Assembly: GCA_964627665.1 (NCBI GenBank)
Contig: CAZVKG010000011.1
Span: 7,144-71,143, forward strand
Source of the DNA: an uncultured Eubacteriales bacterium
GTDB lineage: Bacteria > Bacillota > Clostridia > Lachnospirales > Vallitaleaceae
Direction of reading: 5' to 3'
Length of the DNA: 64,000 nucleotides
Part shown: piece after piece, positions 39,859 to 50,724 of the stretch
Numbering within the stretch: position 1 is the first letter of the stretch
Layout of the letters: the number at the start of each line of letters is the position of its first letter
The notes under the pieces: generated by a model
What the model was told of the DNA's origin: nothing
The model's database searches: none
Seen by the model: only the letters and a program-made list of their open reading frames with translations
Position numbers and translations under genes: made by a program

Positions 39859-42800
39859 TTATCGGTCAATATTTTTAAGCAGTGTCATCAGTCGTTCAAC
39901 TGTTACTCTTTGTTTCGGATTAATCAAGCCATACGGTAAATCAATAAATTGAGCATTGGTTCCTTTAAGAATAGTATCCTTATATGTTCCATTCACATTA
40001 TTTATATCTTCAATTATTTGATAATCTCTTATGCGCACTGTATTAAGGTCGATCCGATTTTTCTTCGCATAAACTTGTATATATAGATAATATGCATCTT
40101 CATTTAGAATATCATTATATGCATTTAACCTCGGCACATCAACCCCTTGATTCTTAAGATAATTTGCATGATCCTCACCTTTTACTGCGCCAAGAATTCG
40201 CGCCATCATTTGAATAAATTGTTGATTTGTTATCGCTGACTGAGGATTTCTCAATGCTGTTTCACCAAGGACTTCAAGTAAATTATACTGATTTAGTGTG
40301 CTTAATGCTTCAGATTCATAGTTTTCGCTTATGCTTTCATCCATATAATAATTGCCTAAAATTAGTGGTAATAGTTGAGTGCTTTGCAATTGATACTTAC
40401 CACCCACATACGCTGCAACCTGCTCTGTCCACCGTCCATTTTGTTCTTGAAAAACTTTGTGGTTTTGTACATTTTTCGATCGAATCGGTGACAATTCATA
40501 AATCATTGGTTTTGCAACGCTTTCAATGAGATACGATGTTCCTGTTACCACATCATCAAAAATGTCTTGTCCCTCATCATAAAATTCGTCTTCAACTTCT
40601 TTTATTAATGTCTGAACGAGATTAACTAATCGGGCGTCATTAATGCCTTGTTCAAGCTCATCCGTTAATTCTTTAATCAATTTCGGTTCTTTAGAACGAA
40701 TGATGTAATCGAGCTCATTTAGAAACATCAAATCCACTTCTTCTTCAAGAACTTCACTACCTAAAATGTTCATTGTAACTTCAATTTGTGGACTTGTTGC
40801 ATCATAAGACAAGACTTTTTCAACATCATCATCGACTTCTATCATTATTTCTACAAAATAATCTCTATTCTTTGCATTATAACGATTAATCTCTCCTTGA
40901 ATTTTTCTAATTGCTGATGTGAAATCGAGGCCGATACTCTCCGGGCGCATCGATACCTTTTGTCCTCTTTGTTGGAAAACAAGCATCACCTTTCCATCAT
41001 TAAGTTTCTGCACGAATTCTGCCGGAAAATAATACTTTGTTTGTTTGCGTTCTCCGACCACAAGTTCAATGCTTCGATTTCTGTTGGTTTCGATTAAGCC
41101 AATCCCATAGGCGTCACGGTATTTATACGTCACTCGATTACGCGCTTTTTCTAATTGAAAATACGGTTTTTGTTTCAGTTTTTCGGCTTGATCTCTGTAA
41201 TAGTCTAGATACTCCTGATATTTTAAGTCTTCTTCATAGTCGTCTTGATTAAAATCCGTACGTGTCGTAATTGTCTCAGAAAATGCTGATTCAGGATATG
41301 CCGGATTGCCGTCTAAATCCACTTCATCAGTTTGAGTATTATCAATAAGTCGAACTTTAATACTGTAATATGTTCCTGATTTTAGACCGGTAATACGATA
41401 ATATAACCTTCTCGTATTGGTTAATTCTTCCGTCTGAATCAATTGATATCTGTAGTCACCACTATTATCTTGGCCTGTTCCTGACCTCGCAATAACATAT
41501 GCTTCATCTTGCTCACTTCTAATGTGAATTTCATCCAAGTAATCCGAACCTAAAGGAAGATCAAAACGTATCACCGTTTCATAATACGGATCATCAATTT
41601 CATCATAAACAAAAGTTAAATTTGTTGCTGTTTGAATGCGTCCTGTCGTAATTGTATCCACACGCCATGAAGATTTCATTGTTTCATTATATGCGTTAAT
41701 ACTTCGTATATAGTAATAATACACTTGGTTCGGGCGATTTTCATTATCCTCTAAGATAATCAAATCATCACTATTCGGATCAACTCGACACAATCCGGTT
41801 TCTCCGTCATATAATGGTTCTCCTGTTTCTGAGTATCCTGTCAACATCGTATAACGATAGTTTTCACCATCTTTCACAACATGCCACCCTTGAACCACAC
41901 CACGCTCGATTAATGCTTCAAGAATATCAATATTTTCTTGGAGCTGATCCGAATTCCCCAACATATCTGTATATACATCCATTAAAGGAACTTCTGTCGC
42001 TGCTTCTACATTCGGAAATCCTTCTTCTTCAAAGGATACAATCTCAAACTCAAACGAATCCCCATCAGCATCCAGTCCATCAGGTAGATTCCACGTAATT
42101 TCCGTCTCTAGACGAACGTCATCTTCAGGTTTAAAACGCACATCAAAATTATTAGGTGATAAAGGATCCAAATCACCTTCATCCGGTTGTACCGGCAACG
42201 TCGGCGTCGTCATACTAATAACTTCAGATGGCTCACTATAATACTCTGCCGTTTCTGTTGCTGATTCTACTACTTCAAGCGTTGTAATGACTCGACTATA
42301 ATAAACTTTATTTTCTTCTAATCCTAATAAGCCGATACTATTTGTCGGAACCTCAAATACAAGAACCTCTACAGGATCCCTTGTTTGGAGCCTTCTTAAT
42401 TGATCTGCTGTTATATTTGCTGTCGCTGACCCTAATGTAATCTCAGTCGAATAATCATTTGGATTATAAAATCCGTCATATAATAAAGCTTCTCGTGATT
42501 CTGACAGCAATATTTTATAGCGAATATTCGTATCCTCCGTAATATTAATTGCGTCTTGGCTATCCTCACGTTTAGGATCCAAAAACTGGCGTACAAAATC
42601 ATGTAATTTAGGATTTTGTTTTGTGATTACCTGCCATTCAAGATATGCGCCAACCTTTTCTCCTTCAATTAAAGGCTCATTTATTGAAAGCTCAATCTCC
42701 GGTAATTCACGAACAGTTTCACTGAGTGTAATACTCTTTGGTATCGAATAGTCCGTCGCAATATAGGAAGAATTCCCTAAGCCATCTAACACTTCCGCAA

Positions 42801-44871
42801 TAGCACGCATACGAAGATAATAGACTTCTTGTTTATTTATTTCTAAATCGATTGTACTCCCCGTATTAAAATCAAAATTATATACATACTTTCCTTCAAT
42901 TTCATCATATGTATACTCTGTTTCCACTGTTTGTGCCCACTGTCCTGCATCCATAAGCATAACACCGTCTTGGCCTGTTATTTCTTCAAAAGACTCATAA
43001 CGACCTACAAGCTCCAAATCATCTGAATTATGGGTTGCCATGTCACCACTGACTATACGCCACAATTCATATTCTGCATCAGCATTTTGTGTGATTTTAT
43101 ATATTGCAAAAACATCATAGCCTGTCTTATTTGCTGCTGTATTATCTAGAGCCGACTGTTTCCCTATAAGCACTTCATAATATATGGCATCATAAATCCA
43201 ACGATCACGATCAGTTCCAACCCATTGCAAGTCAAATTTGATTAACTCTTCAAACACCGCAATATCTCCTCCACGAGGCGCAATCAGCTCCGGTAATTTA
43301 GGTGCGATTAATCCGGATTCTTCATGGTCGTTGGCCTTATAATTTAAGACCTGACTATCTAATTCAGAGCCTTTCCATACTGGAATCACCTGATAATAAT
43401 TATAATTACTATTCCATCGTGCATCAACAACAATCCGTATATTGTCTTCAGTAGTTTGCGTCGGATAATAACTACTCCAAAGACTCAAACTTTCAATCTG
43501 TCCATTAATGTTCTGATTTGCATACCGAACATTGTAATGGATATTTTGTGCATTTTCCACATAATAGGGCTTAATATCAAGATAAGCTTCATCATCCACG
43601 CGAACAACTTTATACTCTAAGTGCGTATATGCATTCATCTCAAAAAAGTCGGTCCGATAGCGTTCTTCACCTACAATTAGCGAATTCAATCCAATTGAAA
43701 AGGTCGCTTCATATAATTTACTGCTATCAAGATTAGACCATTCGACTACATGTCCTTCAATATCATCATCAATTTTATCTAAATCATCTATGTTTTGAGC
43801 TATATACATGGTATAGGTATTGTCAGTAAGGTTATAAATATAATCTGCTGTTTGTGATGAGCCTATTGCACTAACCGTTTCATCACCATCTTGATTTAAT
43901 CCCATCTCAAGTTCCAAAAGATTGTCAGGATTGGTGAGTTCTTCCATGGAAAAACTCGCATTGACACTTGGAGAACCCGTATATGAAGAGAAATCTTGAT
44001 ATGTATAATTCCATGTGGTCTCATCCCATGTTTTCGGATGCTTAAATGTAATCTCCATTCCTGGATAGCTACCGGCTTGTTCCTCAGGATTTGTTCCGTC
44101 ATATTCGACGATGACTGAATCAACATCACGAGGATCGACGGGACGGATGTCAAAATTTTCCAGATTTTTAAGTATATACAACTCATCTACTTGGGAAACT
44201 CCATCTTCGCCAGGTGCATTCAAAGTGATTGGCATAATATTTCCATCGACATATCCATCGAACCAAATATACATTTTGTTATTCGGCCGATCCCAATCTG
44301 CAATAAATCGACGATTCGGAATATCTGCATTTCCAATTTCAAAAGCAAAACCAGTTACATTTGCACTTTGCGTATACTCGATATCAAATGAAATCGCACT
44401 TGACGTTGTGGATGCAAAACTTTCCGGTAAATTAACAATCGGTTTATCTAAATTGACCCATGTCGGAATTCCTGAATAATCCACTTGATTCATATTAATA
44501 CTATCACCAGGATCTCCCAATTTGCTAACGGTGTCTGCGCCGTCTTTTTCATTGAGCCCATAATATATGGATAGATTATCTAGTTGCTTATATAAATATA
44601 CTTTCGTTTGTTCTCCATTTTTCAAGTAATACTCTAATTCATAAAGTCCGTTTTTAGTCACATCAAAACTAAATAGCATATTGCTTGAACCCCGTACGCT
44701 ATTTCCTTGATTAAAATTTATATCCATGGTTCGACTGCGTTCCCAAGTCAACAAGGCGTCTGCCGCTTTAACTTCAATCGTTTGAACATAAAAAACAGAT
44801 GTCATCAGTATAACTGACATTAACAGGCTTATTCCTTTATATACGTGTCGATATTGCTTATTCTTCATCAT
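39859..44871 (-). CDS. Giant (1670 aa) secreted fibronectin type III repeat protein with SLH-like C-terminus
   Basis: Signal peptide (VKA-A); GLEENKVYYSRV, RPNQVYYYYIRS, GLKSGTYYSIKVR. C-terminal NPQSAITNQQF and INPKQRVT. Confidence 0.8.
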   Translation of the reverse strand: MMKNKQYRHVYKGISLLMSVILMTSVFYVQTIEVKAADALLTWERSRTMDINFNQGNSVRGSSNMLFSFDVTKNGLYELEYYLKNGEQTKVYLYKQLDNLSIYYGLNEKDGADTVSKLGDPGDSINMNQVDYSGIPTWVNLDKPIVNLPESFASTTSSAISFDIEYTQSANVTGFAFEIGNADIPNRRFIADWDRPNNKMYIWFDGYVDGNIMPITLNAPGEDGVSQVDELYILKNLENFDIRPVDPRDVDSVIVEYDGTNPEEQAGSYPGMEITFKHPKTWDETTWNYTYQDFSSYTGSPSVNASFSMEELTNPDNLLELEMGLNQDGDETVSAIGSSQTADYIYNLTDNTYTMYIAQNIDDLDKIDDDIEGHVVEWSNLDSSKLYEATFSIGLNSLIVGEERYRTDFFEMNAYTHLEYKVVRVDDEAYLDIKPYYVENAQNIHYNVRYANQNINGQIESLSLWSSYYPTQTTEDNIRIVVDARWNSNYNYYQVIPVWKGSELDSQVLNYKANDHEESGLIAPKLPELIAPRGGDIAVFEELIKFDLQWVGTDRDRWIYDAIYYEVLIGKQSALDNTAANKTGYDVFAIYKITQNADAEYELWRIVSGDMATHNSDDLELVGRYESFEEITGQDGVMLMDAGQWAQTVETEYTYDEIEGKYVYNFDFNTGSTIDLEINKQEVYYLRMRAIAEVLDGLGNSSYIATDYSIPKSITLSETVRELPEIELSINEPLIEGEKVGAYLEWQVITKQNPKLHDFVRQFLDPKREDSQDAINITEDTNIRYKILLSESREALLYDGFYNPNDYSTEITLGSATANITADQLRRLQTRDPVEVLVFEVPTNSIGLLGLEENKVYYSRVITTLEVVESATETAEYYSEPSEVISMTTPTLPVQPDEGDLDPLSPNNFDVRFKPEDDVRLETEITWNLPDGLDADGDSFEFEIVSFEEEGFPNVEAATEVPLMDVYTDMLGNSDQLQENIDILEALIERGVVQGWHVVKDGENYRYTMLTGYSETGEPLYDGETGLCRVDPNSDDLIILEDNENRPNQVYYYYIRSINAYNETMKSSWRVDTITTGRIQTATNLTFVYDEIDDPYYETVIRFDLPLGSDYLDEIHIRSEQDEAYVIARSGTGQDNSGDYRYQLIQTEELTNTRRLYYRITGLKSGTYYSIKVRLIDNTQTDEVDLDGNPAYPESAFSETITTRTDFNQDDYEEDLKYQEYLDYYRDQAEKLKQKPYFQLEKARNRVTYKYRDAYGIGLIETNRNRSIELVVGERKQTKYYFPAEFVQKLNDGKVMLVFQQRGQKVSMRPESIGLDFTSAIRKIQGEINRYNAKNRDYFVEIMIEVDDDVEKVLSYDATSPQIEVTMNILGSEVLEEEVDLMFLNELDYIIRSKEPKLIKELTDELEQGINDARLVNLVQTLIKEVEDEFYDEGQDIFDDVVTGTSYLIESVAKPMIYELSPIRSKNVQNHKVFQEQNGRWTEQVAAYVGGKYQLQSTQLLPLILGNYYMDESISENYESEALSTLNQYNLLEVLGETALRNPQSAITNQQFIQMMARILGAVKGEDHANYLKNQGVDVPRLNAYNDILNEDAYYLYIQVYAKKNRIDLNTVRIRDYQIIEDINNVNGTYKDTILKGTNAQFIDLPYGLINPKQRVTVERLMTLLKNIDR

Positions 44872-44924
44872 TATGCACCTCGTTTATTTTTGTAAAAATC
44901 TACAGACCTATCCACTCTCTATAT

Positions 44925-44952
44925 TTATCGGACAAACCTCATTAAGTCTAAA
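44925..44952 (-). promoter_or_regulatory. Putative sigma-28 promoter of the FN3/SLH operon
   Basis: Minus strand (T)TTAG-N15-TCCGATAA just downstream of the upstream gene's terminator. Confidence 0.45.
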
Positions 44953-44962
44953 GGCTAAAATG

Positions 44963-44992
44963 AAAAAAGGCGCTATATTCTAGCACCTTTTT
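44963..44992 (-). terminator. Intrinsic terminator after the CD225 gene
   Basis: Minus strand AAAAAGGTGCTA-gaata-TAGCGCCTTTTTT. Confidence 0.75.
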
Positions 44993-45005
44993 CCTATAAT
45001 CTTTT

Positions 45006-45527
45006 TTAGAATCCCATTGATGCCATGCTACCAAAAAACAACAATATATATAACAAGAGTACAACGACACCTGTTATTGTTCCGATTAGGTTGAAAATCT
45101 TAGCTTTTTTCAACGCCTCGTCTGCCTCAGCTTGTGTTGTCGCTTTACCGGCATTAAGCGTAAACACTAACCCAACAATACCTAAGGGTAAACAACATGC
45201 AACCAAATTAATAATCGACCATACTAAAAATGGTGTTGTGTTAACATTAACGCTACCTCTATCTTGGGGTGTCGGTTGCGTATAGGTTGTTTGTGGCTGT
45301 GGTGGTGTTTGCGGTGCCTGTGGTGTTTGTGGCGGCATTTGAGGTGAATAAACTTGTTGCTCCTCTACCGGATTGTTGTTAACCACTTCTACGTTTTCTT
45401 CTTTTGCCACTGTTGTCTCTTTTTCTACGGGTGTTTCTGTTGATACTTTTGGTTCCATTGGTGTTCCACATTCTGTACAAAACTTTGCATCATCATTAAG
45501 GGGTGCTCCACATTTTGTGCAATACAT
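45006..45527 (-). CDS. Zinc-ribbon / CD225 (dispanin) family membrane protein
   Basis: CTKCG...FCTECG zinc ribbon, Pro/Gln/Thr-rich linker, LVACCLPLGIVG dispanin motif. Confidence 0.85.
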   Translation of the reverse strand: MYCTKCGAPLNDDAKFCTECGTPMEPKVSTETPVEKETTVAKEENVEVVNNNPVEEQQVYSPQMPPQTPQAPQTPPQPQTTYTQPTPQDRGSVNVNTTPFLVWSIINLVACCLPLGIVGLVFTLNAGKATTQAEADEALKKAKIFNLIGTITGVVVLLLYILLFFGSMASMGF

Positions 45528-45551
45528 AACTCATCCTCCTGACATAAATGA

Positions 45552-45962
45552 TTATTGTGATAATAAAATAAAAGGTTTTACCGGTATGTTTCTCAAAACA
45601 AAAAACGCAACGATAACTATAAAAAGGATACGCATCTGTTTATATGAAAAGTTAAAAAACGGTAAAACATCTCTACCAAGCACGATAAATAAATATAACT
45701 TTAACAAATAATAGGCCATAAATGGCATCAGAACAACAAACATAATATTATGCCCCATCGCTTCAAAAAAATGAAAATGGACAAGATCATACGCTGCTCT
45801 TCCACTTCCGCAACCGGGACAATTCAATCCTGTCCAACGACGAAAAAAGCATGGGACAGGGTTTCCATATAAGTAAAGAAATGCAATTAATCCTAATACA
45901 ATAATAGGGATTGCAACTCCGGTAAACCATCTAAATGTTTTGTTTTTTATATTGATTTTCAT
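45552..45962 (-). CDS. DUF2752-family membrane protein
   Basis: PCFFRRWTGLNCPGCGSGRA...HN...VLRNIP. Confidence 0.9.
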   Translation of the reverse strand: MKINIKNKTFRWFTGVAIPIIVLGLIAFLYLYGNPVPCFFRRWTGLNCPGCGSGRAAYDLVHFHFFEAMGHNIMFVVLMPFMAYYLLKLYLFIVLGRDVLPFFNFSYKQMRILFIVIVAFFVLRNIPVKPFILLSQ

Positions 45963-46065
45963 TCTGTCTCTTCCTAAACTCAATTTATCTATCCTTATTC
46001 TACCCTAAAAAAGTTAAAATTTCCACAACTTTTCACAAAATCAATAAAATCTATTCTAAAAACTA

Positions 46066-46806
46066 TTAATCTCTTTTGTTCTCTTTAATATAATTTGAAA
46101 AACTTAAGCCTGTATATTTTTTGAAACATTTTCCAAAGTAGTTAGGATCCGGTATACCGACTTCTGCTGCCACCTGATACATATACTGATTTTCTTTCGA
46201 TAAACTAATCGCATATTCCATACGACAACCATTTAAAAAATCGATAAAAGATACGCCGGTTTCTTCTTTAAATGCTCGACTTAAGTAACTAGCGTTGAAT
46301 CCAAACTTAAGTGCAACTGAAGTCAAGTTCAACTCCGGTTCTTTAAAATGTTCGATAACATACTCTCTTACTTTACCTATAGATGAAATCTTGACTTCCT
46401 CTAATTGCCCTCGCTCTTCACGTGGGGCATGTCGATCCAATTCTTTTTTTATATTCATCAGTGTATCATTAATTTCAATTTTATTAATGGGTTTAAGCAA
46501 ATAATTTGCGACACCAATGCCAATACATTCTCTTGCGTAATCAAAATCATTGAAAGCTGTTAACATGACAATCTTAAGATAAGGATAGCGTTCAATCGCT
46601 AACTTTGCAAATTCAATACCATCCATAAAGGGCATTCGAATATCAACAAATAGGACATCCGGATTTAGTTCATCAATAGTATTAATGGCCTCAATCCCAC
46701 TTGATGCCTCGCCAACTACTTCGAATCCCAACATTTCCCATTTAATGGTTAGCTTCAGCAGATTTTTTATTTTTTGTTCATCATCAATAATCATCACTCG
46801 ATACAT
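46066..46806 (-). CDS. YesN/AraC-family response regulator
   Basis: IIDDE, DIRMPFMDG, YLLKP receiver; AraC HTH (VGIPDPNYFGKCFKK). Confidence 0.94.
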   Translation of the reverse strand: MYRVMIIDDEQKIKNLLKLTIKWEMLGFEVVGEASSGIEAINTIDELNPDVLFVDIRMPFMDGIEFAKLAIERYPYLKIVMLTAFNDFDYARECIGIGVANYLLKPINKIEINDTLMNIKKELDRHAPREERGQLEEVKISSIGKVREYVIEHFKEPELNLTSVALKFGFNASYLSRAFKEETGVSFIDFLNGCRMEYAISLSKENQYMYQVAAEVGIPDPNYFGKCFKKYTGLSFSNYIKENKRD

Positions 46807-48535
46807 TCTGTTTTTTACCTCCTTTTGGAATTTTTATATCCACACGCGTATATTCTCCAACCACACTTGTCACCTTAACAACATCTTTTTGTTCAAAATA
46901 ATATTGGATCCGCTCAATGGTTCCCTTGAATCCAAAACTTTTTCGGCTTTTTCCTTCCATAATTTGTAAAATCCGCTTGTCGTCCATGCCGATGCCGGTA
47001 TCATAAACAACCAGATGCACTATGCCTTCCTCTTCAAAAACCTGGATTTTAATGATACACTTTTCACCCTTTAGCCGAACACCATGATATAAACTATTCT
47101 CGACTAAGGGTTGCAAAATCAACTTCGGCACACGTATATTTTCCAATTCCGGATCCACTTCATAAATATCTTCAAAAATATCTCCATAACGTAATCGTTG
47201 TAAGGTTAAATAGTCTTTAACAATTTCCACTTCATCTTTAATCGGAATCTCACGACTACCACGGCTCAAAAATTTTCGATAGAACTTTCCAAGTGTATCG
47301 ACTGCTTCATAGACATTTTCTGCAGGTTCAGTCAATGCTAGATAGGCAATTGTATCTAGGGTATTATATAAAAAATGTGGCTTAATCTGTTCTTGTAAGA
47401 CTTCTAACTCTGCTTGCTGAATAGATTTTTCCTTCTCCAACAGTTCACTAATCAATTCATTAAGTTCCACAAGCATATCGTTATAGCTGTCTTTTAAATA
47501 ACCAATTTCATCATTCGCTAGGGGCAGGCTCACACGGCGTAACCACCCTGTATTAACAGACTTCATTGCACCGGCCAGTCTCTGAATCGGATGTGTAATA
47601 TAACGTGTAATAAAAAAACCAATCATCCCAATGACTAAGGCTGAAACCAAAAAGACAATGGCTAATATTTTACCCGCTTCATCGGTCAATACTTGCGTAA
47701 AATGAATTTTTTCATATGATTTCAAAATAAAGGGTGTATTCTCAATGACTTGATAGGACACAATACCTTCATTGCCAATCGTTTCCTGCTGATAACTTGC
47801 ACCCGTATATTCAATGGCATCTAATTCTTCATGATAACTTTGCTTGGATAAAACAGTTCCGTCAAGGCCAAAAAAACCAAAAGCCTTATTTTCTGATATC
47901 ATATTACGATAGGTATTATCGAACAAATCCACGGATAAGTTAATCATAATACTTCCAATTGGGCGTTGCGTTTCCAAATCATTGACAACACGAATTAAGG
48001 AAATGACCGGCCATTCAATATCCCGTCGTATAGCTCCCCTTCCATTGATTGCCAAGTAATATCCGCCGGCTCTAGGACGCACATCTTCAAGGAGTTCCTC
48101 TAGTTTTTCAACATTAATGTGGGTGACTCCAATACCTGAAGATACATAATCATAGTCTTCTTGGAACACAAAAACAGATGAAACATTATTAAATAAATTC
48201 ATGGTATCATAGATGGCACGCACTGCTTCTTGTTTTACATAAAACTCGTCTTCATCCGACTTTAAAAAAGCAACAACTTCCTTGTCTGTCATAATCAATT
48301 GACTCATATTATCAATACTTTCAATCTCTGCATTTAAGTTGTTCCCGATTGACTTTAATGTATTCATATTACTTTCTAAGGTATATTCAACCATGCTTTG
48401 TTGGATGATAAAGGCGTATATACCGTAAAAAACAAGCAGGTAAATGAGAATAATCGCAATAAAAAGATATTTAACTTTTTTATCCAAATTCAAGTCGTTA
48501 AATTGATCTTTTAATCGTTTTTTCATTCTCTTCAC
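46784..48535 (-). CDS. YesM-family sensor histidine kinase
   Basis: TM-Cache-TM-HAMP; QEQIKPHFLYNTL, LQPLVENS, DTGIGM. Confidence 0.94.
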   Translation of the reverse strand: MKRMKKRLKDQFNDLNLDKKVKYLFIAIILIYLLVFYGIYAFIIQQSMVEYTLESNMNTLKSIGNNLNAEIESIDNMSQLIMTDKEVVAFLKSDEDEFYVKQEAVRAIYDTMNLFNNVSSVFVFQEDYDYVSSGIGVTHINVEKLEELLEDVRPRAGGYYLAINGRGAIRRDIEWPVISLIRVVNDLETQRPIGSIMINLSVDLFDNTYRNMISENKAFGFFGLDGTVLSKQSYHEELDAIEYTGASYQQETIGNEGIVSYQVIENTPFILKSYEKIHFTQVLTDEAGKILAIVFLVSALVIGMIGFFITRYITHPIQRLAGAMKSVNTGWLRRVSLPLANDEIGYLKDSYNDMLVELNELISELLEKEKSIQQAELEVLQEQIKPHFLYNTLDTIAYLALTEPAENVYEAVDTLGKFYRKFLSRGSREIPIKDEVEIVKDYLTLQRLRYGDIFEDIYEVDPELENIRVPKLILQPLVENSLYHGVRLKGEKCIIKIQVFEEEGIVHLVVYDTGIGMDDKRILQIMEGKSRKSFGFKGTIERIQYYFEQKDVVKVTSVVGEYTRVDIKIPKGGKKQNVSSDDY

Positions 48536-48588
48536 CTGCTTGCATTTTCTTTCATTCTACCATAGATTATCGTAGATACCAACCGAAT

Positions 48589-50694
48589 CTACAGATTAAT
48601 CTGAATCGATAAGGGTTTATGCCCCATTAATGTTTGACTACGCTCATCCGGTAAAAATGTACCTACATATAAGGTAAATGTTTGACTATCAATCCTTCGC
48701 TCTCCAGCATCATCTACAGCCATCAAAGCCGTCCAAGGAATTTCAATGGAAACACGCCTTGTCTCTCCTGCTTCAAGACAAATACGCTGATATCCTGATA
48801 GACTGACATTTTTTACAGCATACTTTGATTCTTCATCTTTTATATAACACTGGATAACATCTTCAGTTGTTATTTGGCCCATATTCTCAGCCTTTACACT
48901 AACTTTCATAACTTCATTTTCCTTGACTTGTTCGATATAGGCATCTTGACACCGTATATCCCCATACGTCAATCCATATCCAAAGGAATATAAAGGTTCC
49001 CCCGTATAATAACGATAGGTCCTGTTTTCCATTGAATAGTCTGTAAATTCAGGCAATCCTTCTAAGGTACGATAGAATGTCACCGGTAACTTTCCTGATG
49101 GTGATGTATTGCCAAAAAGTATATCCGCAAGGGCTTTACCACCACGCGCTCCCGGATACCATGCCTGTAATATGCCTTGACAATGTGTGTCTGCATAGCT
49201 TAAGTTAATAGCGCTTCCTGCAATGAGACACAGAATCACCGGTTTACCTGTCTCCATGACTTTTTCCAGGAGTTGTTGTTGAACCTTGGGAAGTTCAAGA
49301 TCCACTTTATCGCCGGAACCTACATGATTTCCTTCGTCCATTTCTTCACCTTCAAGACGTTCATCCAAGCCAAGGCATAACACAACCACATCGCTATGCT
49401 CTGCTACTGTTATGGCTTCCGATAGTCGATCATTTGCTACAGCTAAGGGCTCTGTTCGATCCTTCCAAAGTTCACATCCCTTGCTATAAAGTACACGTGC
49501 CTGGTCACCGACTTCATCTTGAATGCCTTCAAGCAAGGTTATATATCGAGACGACGTTCCATAGTAATTGGCCTTTAAGGCAAGTCGACTATTAGCATTA
49601 GGTCCAATCACACCAATCGTTTTAAGGGCATTTTTATCTAGGGGTAGAATTCCTTCGTTTTTCAAAAGAACAATACTTTTTCTTGCAGCTTCAACGGCAA
49701 GCTCTGTATGCTCTTTGGATTCAATGACTTCATAAGGTATTTGATCAAACTCCGTATCATCAAACAATCCTAACTTATATCTTGTCGTAAATAATCGAAC
49801 AGCAGCTTCTGTAATTTGATCTTCTGTTACAAGTCCTGCTTCATAGGCTTGTAACATATATAGGTAAATATTTCCACAGTTCAAATCACAACCTGCATCC
49901 ATGGCAAGTGCTGCGGATTCTTTTGGCGACTTTGTCACCTTGTGATACATATGAAAATCTTTAATCGCCCAACAATCGGACACAACATGTCCTTTGAATT
50001 CCCAACGCTCACGTAAAATATCTCTAAGAAGGAAATAACTTCCGCAAGCCGGCTCTCCATTAACACGATTATAGGCGCCCATAACGCTCTCGACTTGCCC
50101 CTCTTTGACACATGCTTCAAATGCCGGCAAATACGTTTCCCAAAGGTCCTTAGGTGTTGATACAGCATCAAATTCATGGCGGAGATCTTCCGGTCCGCTA
50201 TGCACCGCAAAGTGCTTTGCACATGCAGCTGCATGCATGACGTCGCCATCTCCTTGTAGTCCTTTGATAAAGGCCACACCTAGTCTAGCTGATAAATATG
50301 GATCTTCTCCATATGTTTCATGGCCACGACCCCATCTTGGGTCTCTAAAAATATTGATATTGGGTGACCAAAAGGTCAGTCCCTTATAAATATCATGATC
50401 CCCATGTTTGGATGCCTCATTATATTTTGCACGCCCTTCATCTGCAATCACTTTAGCCACATGACTTAAAAATTCATCATCAAAAATAGCCGCTAAACCA
50501 ATGGCTTGAGGAAAACTTGTTGCTGTTCCTGCTCTTGCCACACCATGCAATGCTTCATTCCACCAATTGTAAGCAGGAATTCCCAAACGGGGAATTCCTG
50601 CTGAATTATAGGTCAATTGGCTGATTTTTTCATCTAATGTCATCTGTGCAACTAATTCTTGTGCACGTTTTCGATTCTTCTCATGTTGATACAT
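48589..50694 (-). CDS. GH3 glycoside hydrolase (beta-xylosidase type)
   Basis: WWNEALHG, WSPNINIFRDPRWGRGHETYGEDP, KHF, VSDCWA nucleophile, FGYGL, FN3-like tail; no signal peptide. Confidence 0.93.
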   Translation of the reverse strand: MYQHEKNRKRAQELVAQMTLDEKISQLTYNSAGIPRLGIPAYNWWNEALHGVARAGTATSFPQAIGLAAIFDDEFLSHVAKVIADEGRAKYNEASKHGDHDIYKGLTFWSPNINIFRDPRWGRGHETYGEDPYLSARLGVAFIKGLQGDGDVMHAAACAKHFAVHSGPEDLRHEFDAVSTPKDLWETYLPAFEACVKEGQVESVMGAYNRVNGEPACGSYFLLRDILRERWEFKGHVVSDCWAIKDFHMYHKVTKSPKESAALAMDAGCDLNCGNIYLYMLQAYEAGLVTEDQITEAAVRLFTTRYKLGLFDDTEFDQIPYEVIESKEHTELAVEAARKSIVLLKNEGILPLDKNALKTIGVIGPNANSRLALKANYYGTSSRYITLLEGIQDEVGDQARVLYSKGCELWKDRTEPLAVANDRLSEAITVAEHSDVVVLCLGLDERLEGEEMDEGNHVGSGDKVDLELPKVQQQLLEKVMETGKPVILCLIAGSAINLSYADTHCQGILQAWYPGARGGKALADILFGNTSPSGKLPVTFYRTLEGLPEFTDYSMENRTYRYYTGEPLYSFGYGLTYGDIRCQDAYIEQVKENEVMKVSVKAENMGQITTEDVIQCYIKDEESKYAVKNVSLSGYQRICLEAGETRRVSIEIPWTALMAVDDAGERRIDSQTFTLYVGTFLPDERSQTLMGHKPLSIQINL

Positions 50695-50724
50695 ATTGAC
50701 CTCCTATATTTAACTTTAAGACGT

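Noticed and set aside
46018-46040. DnaA-box-like tttccaca/ttttcaca pair
   Set aside because: Each has two or more mismatches to the consensus.
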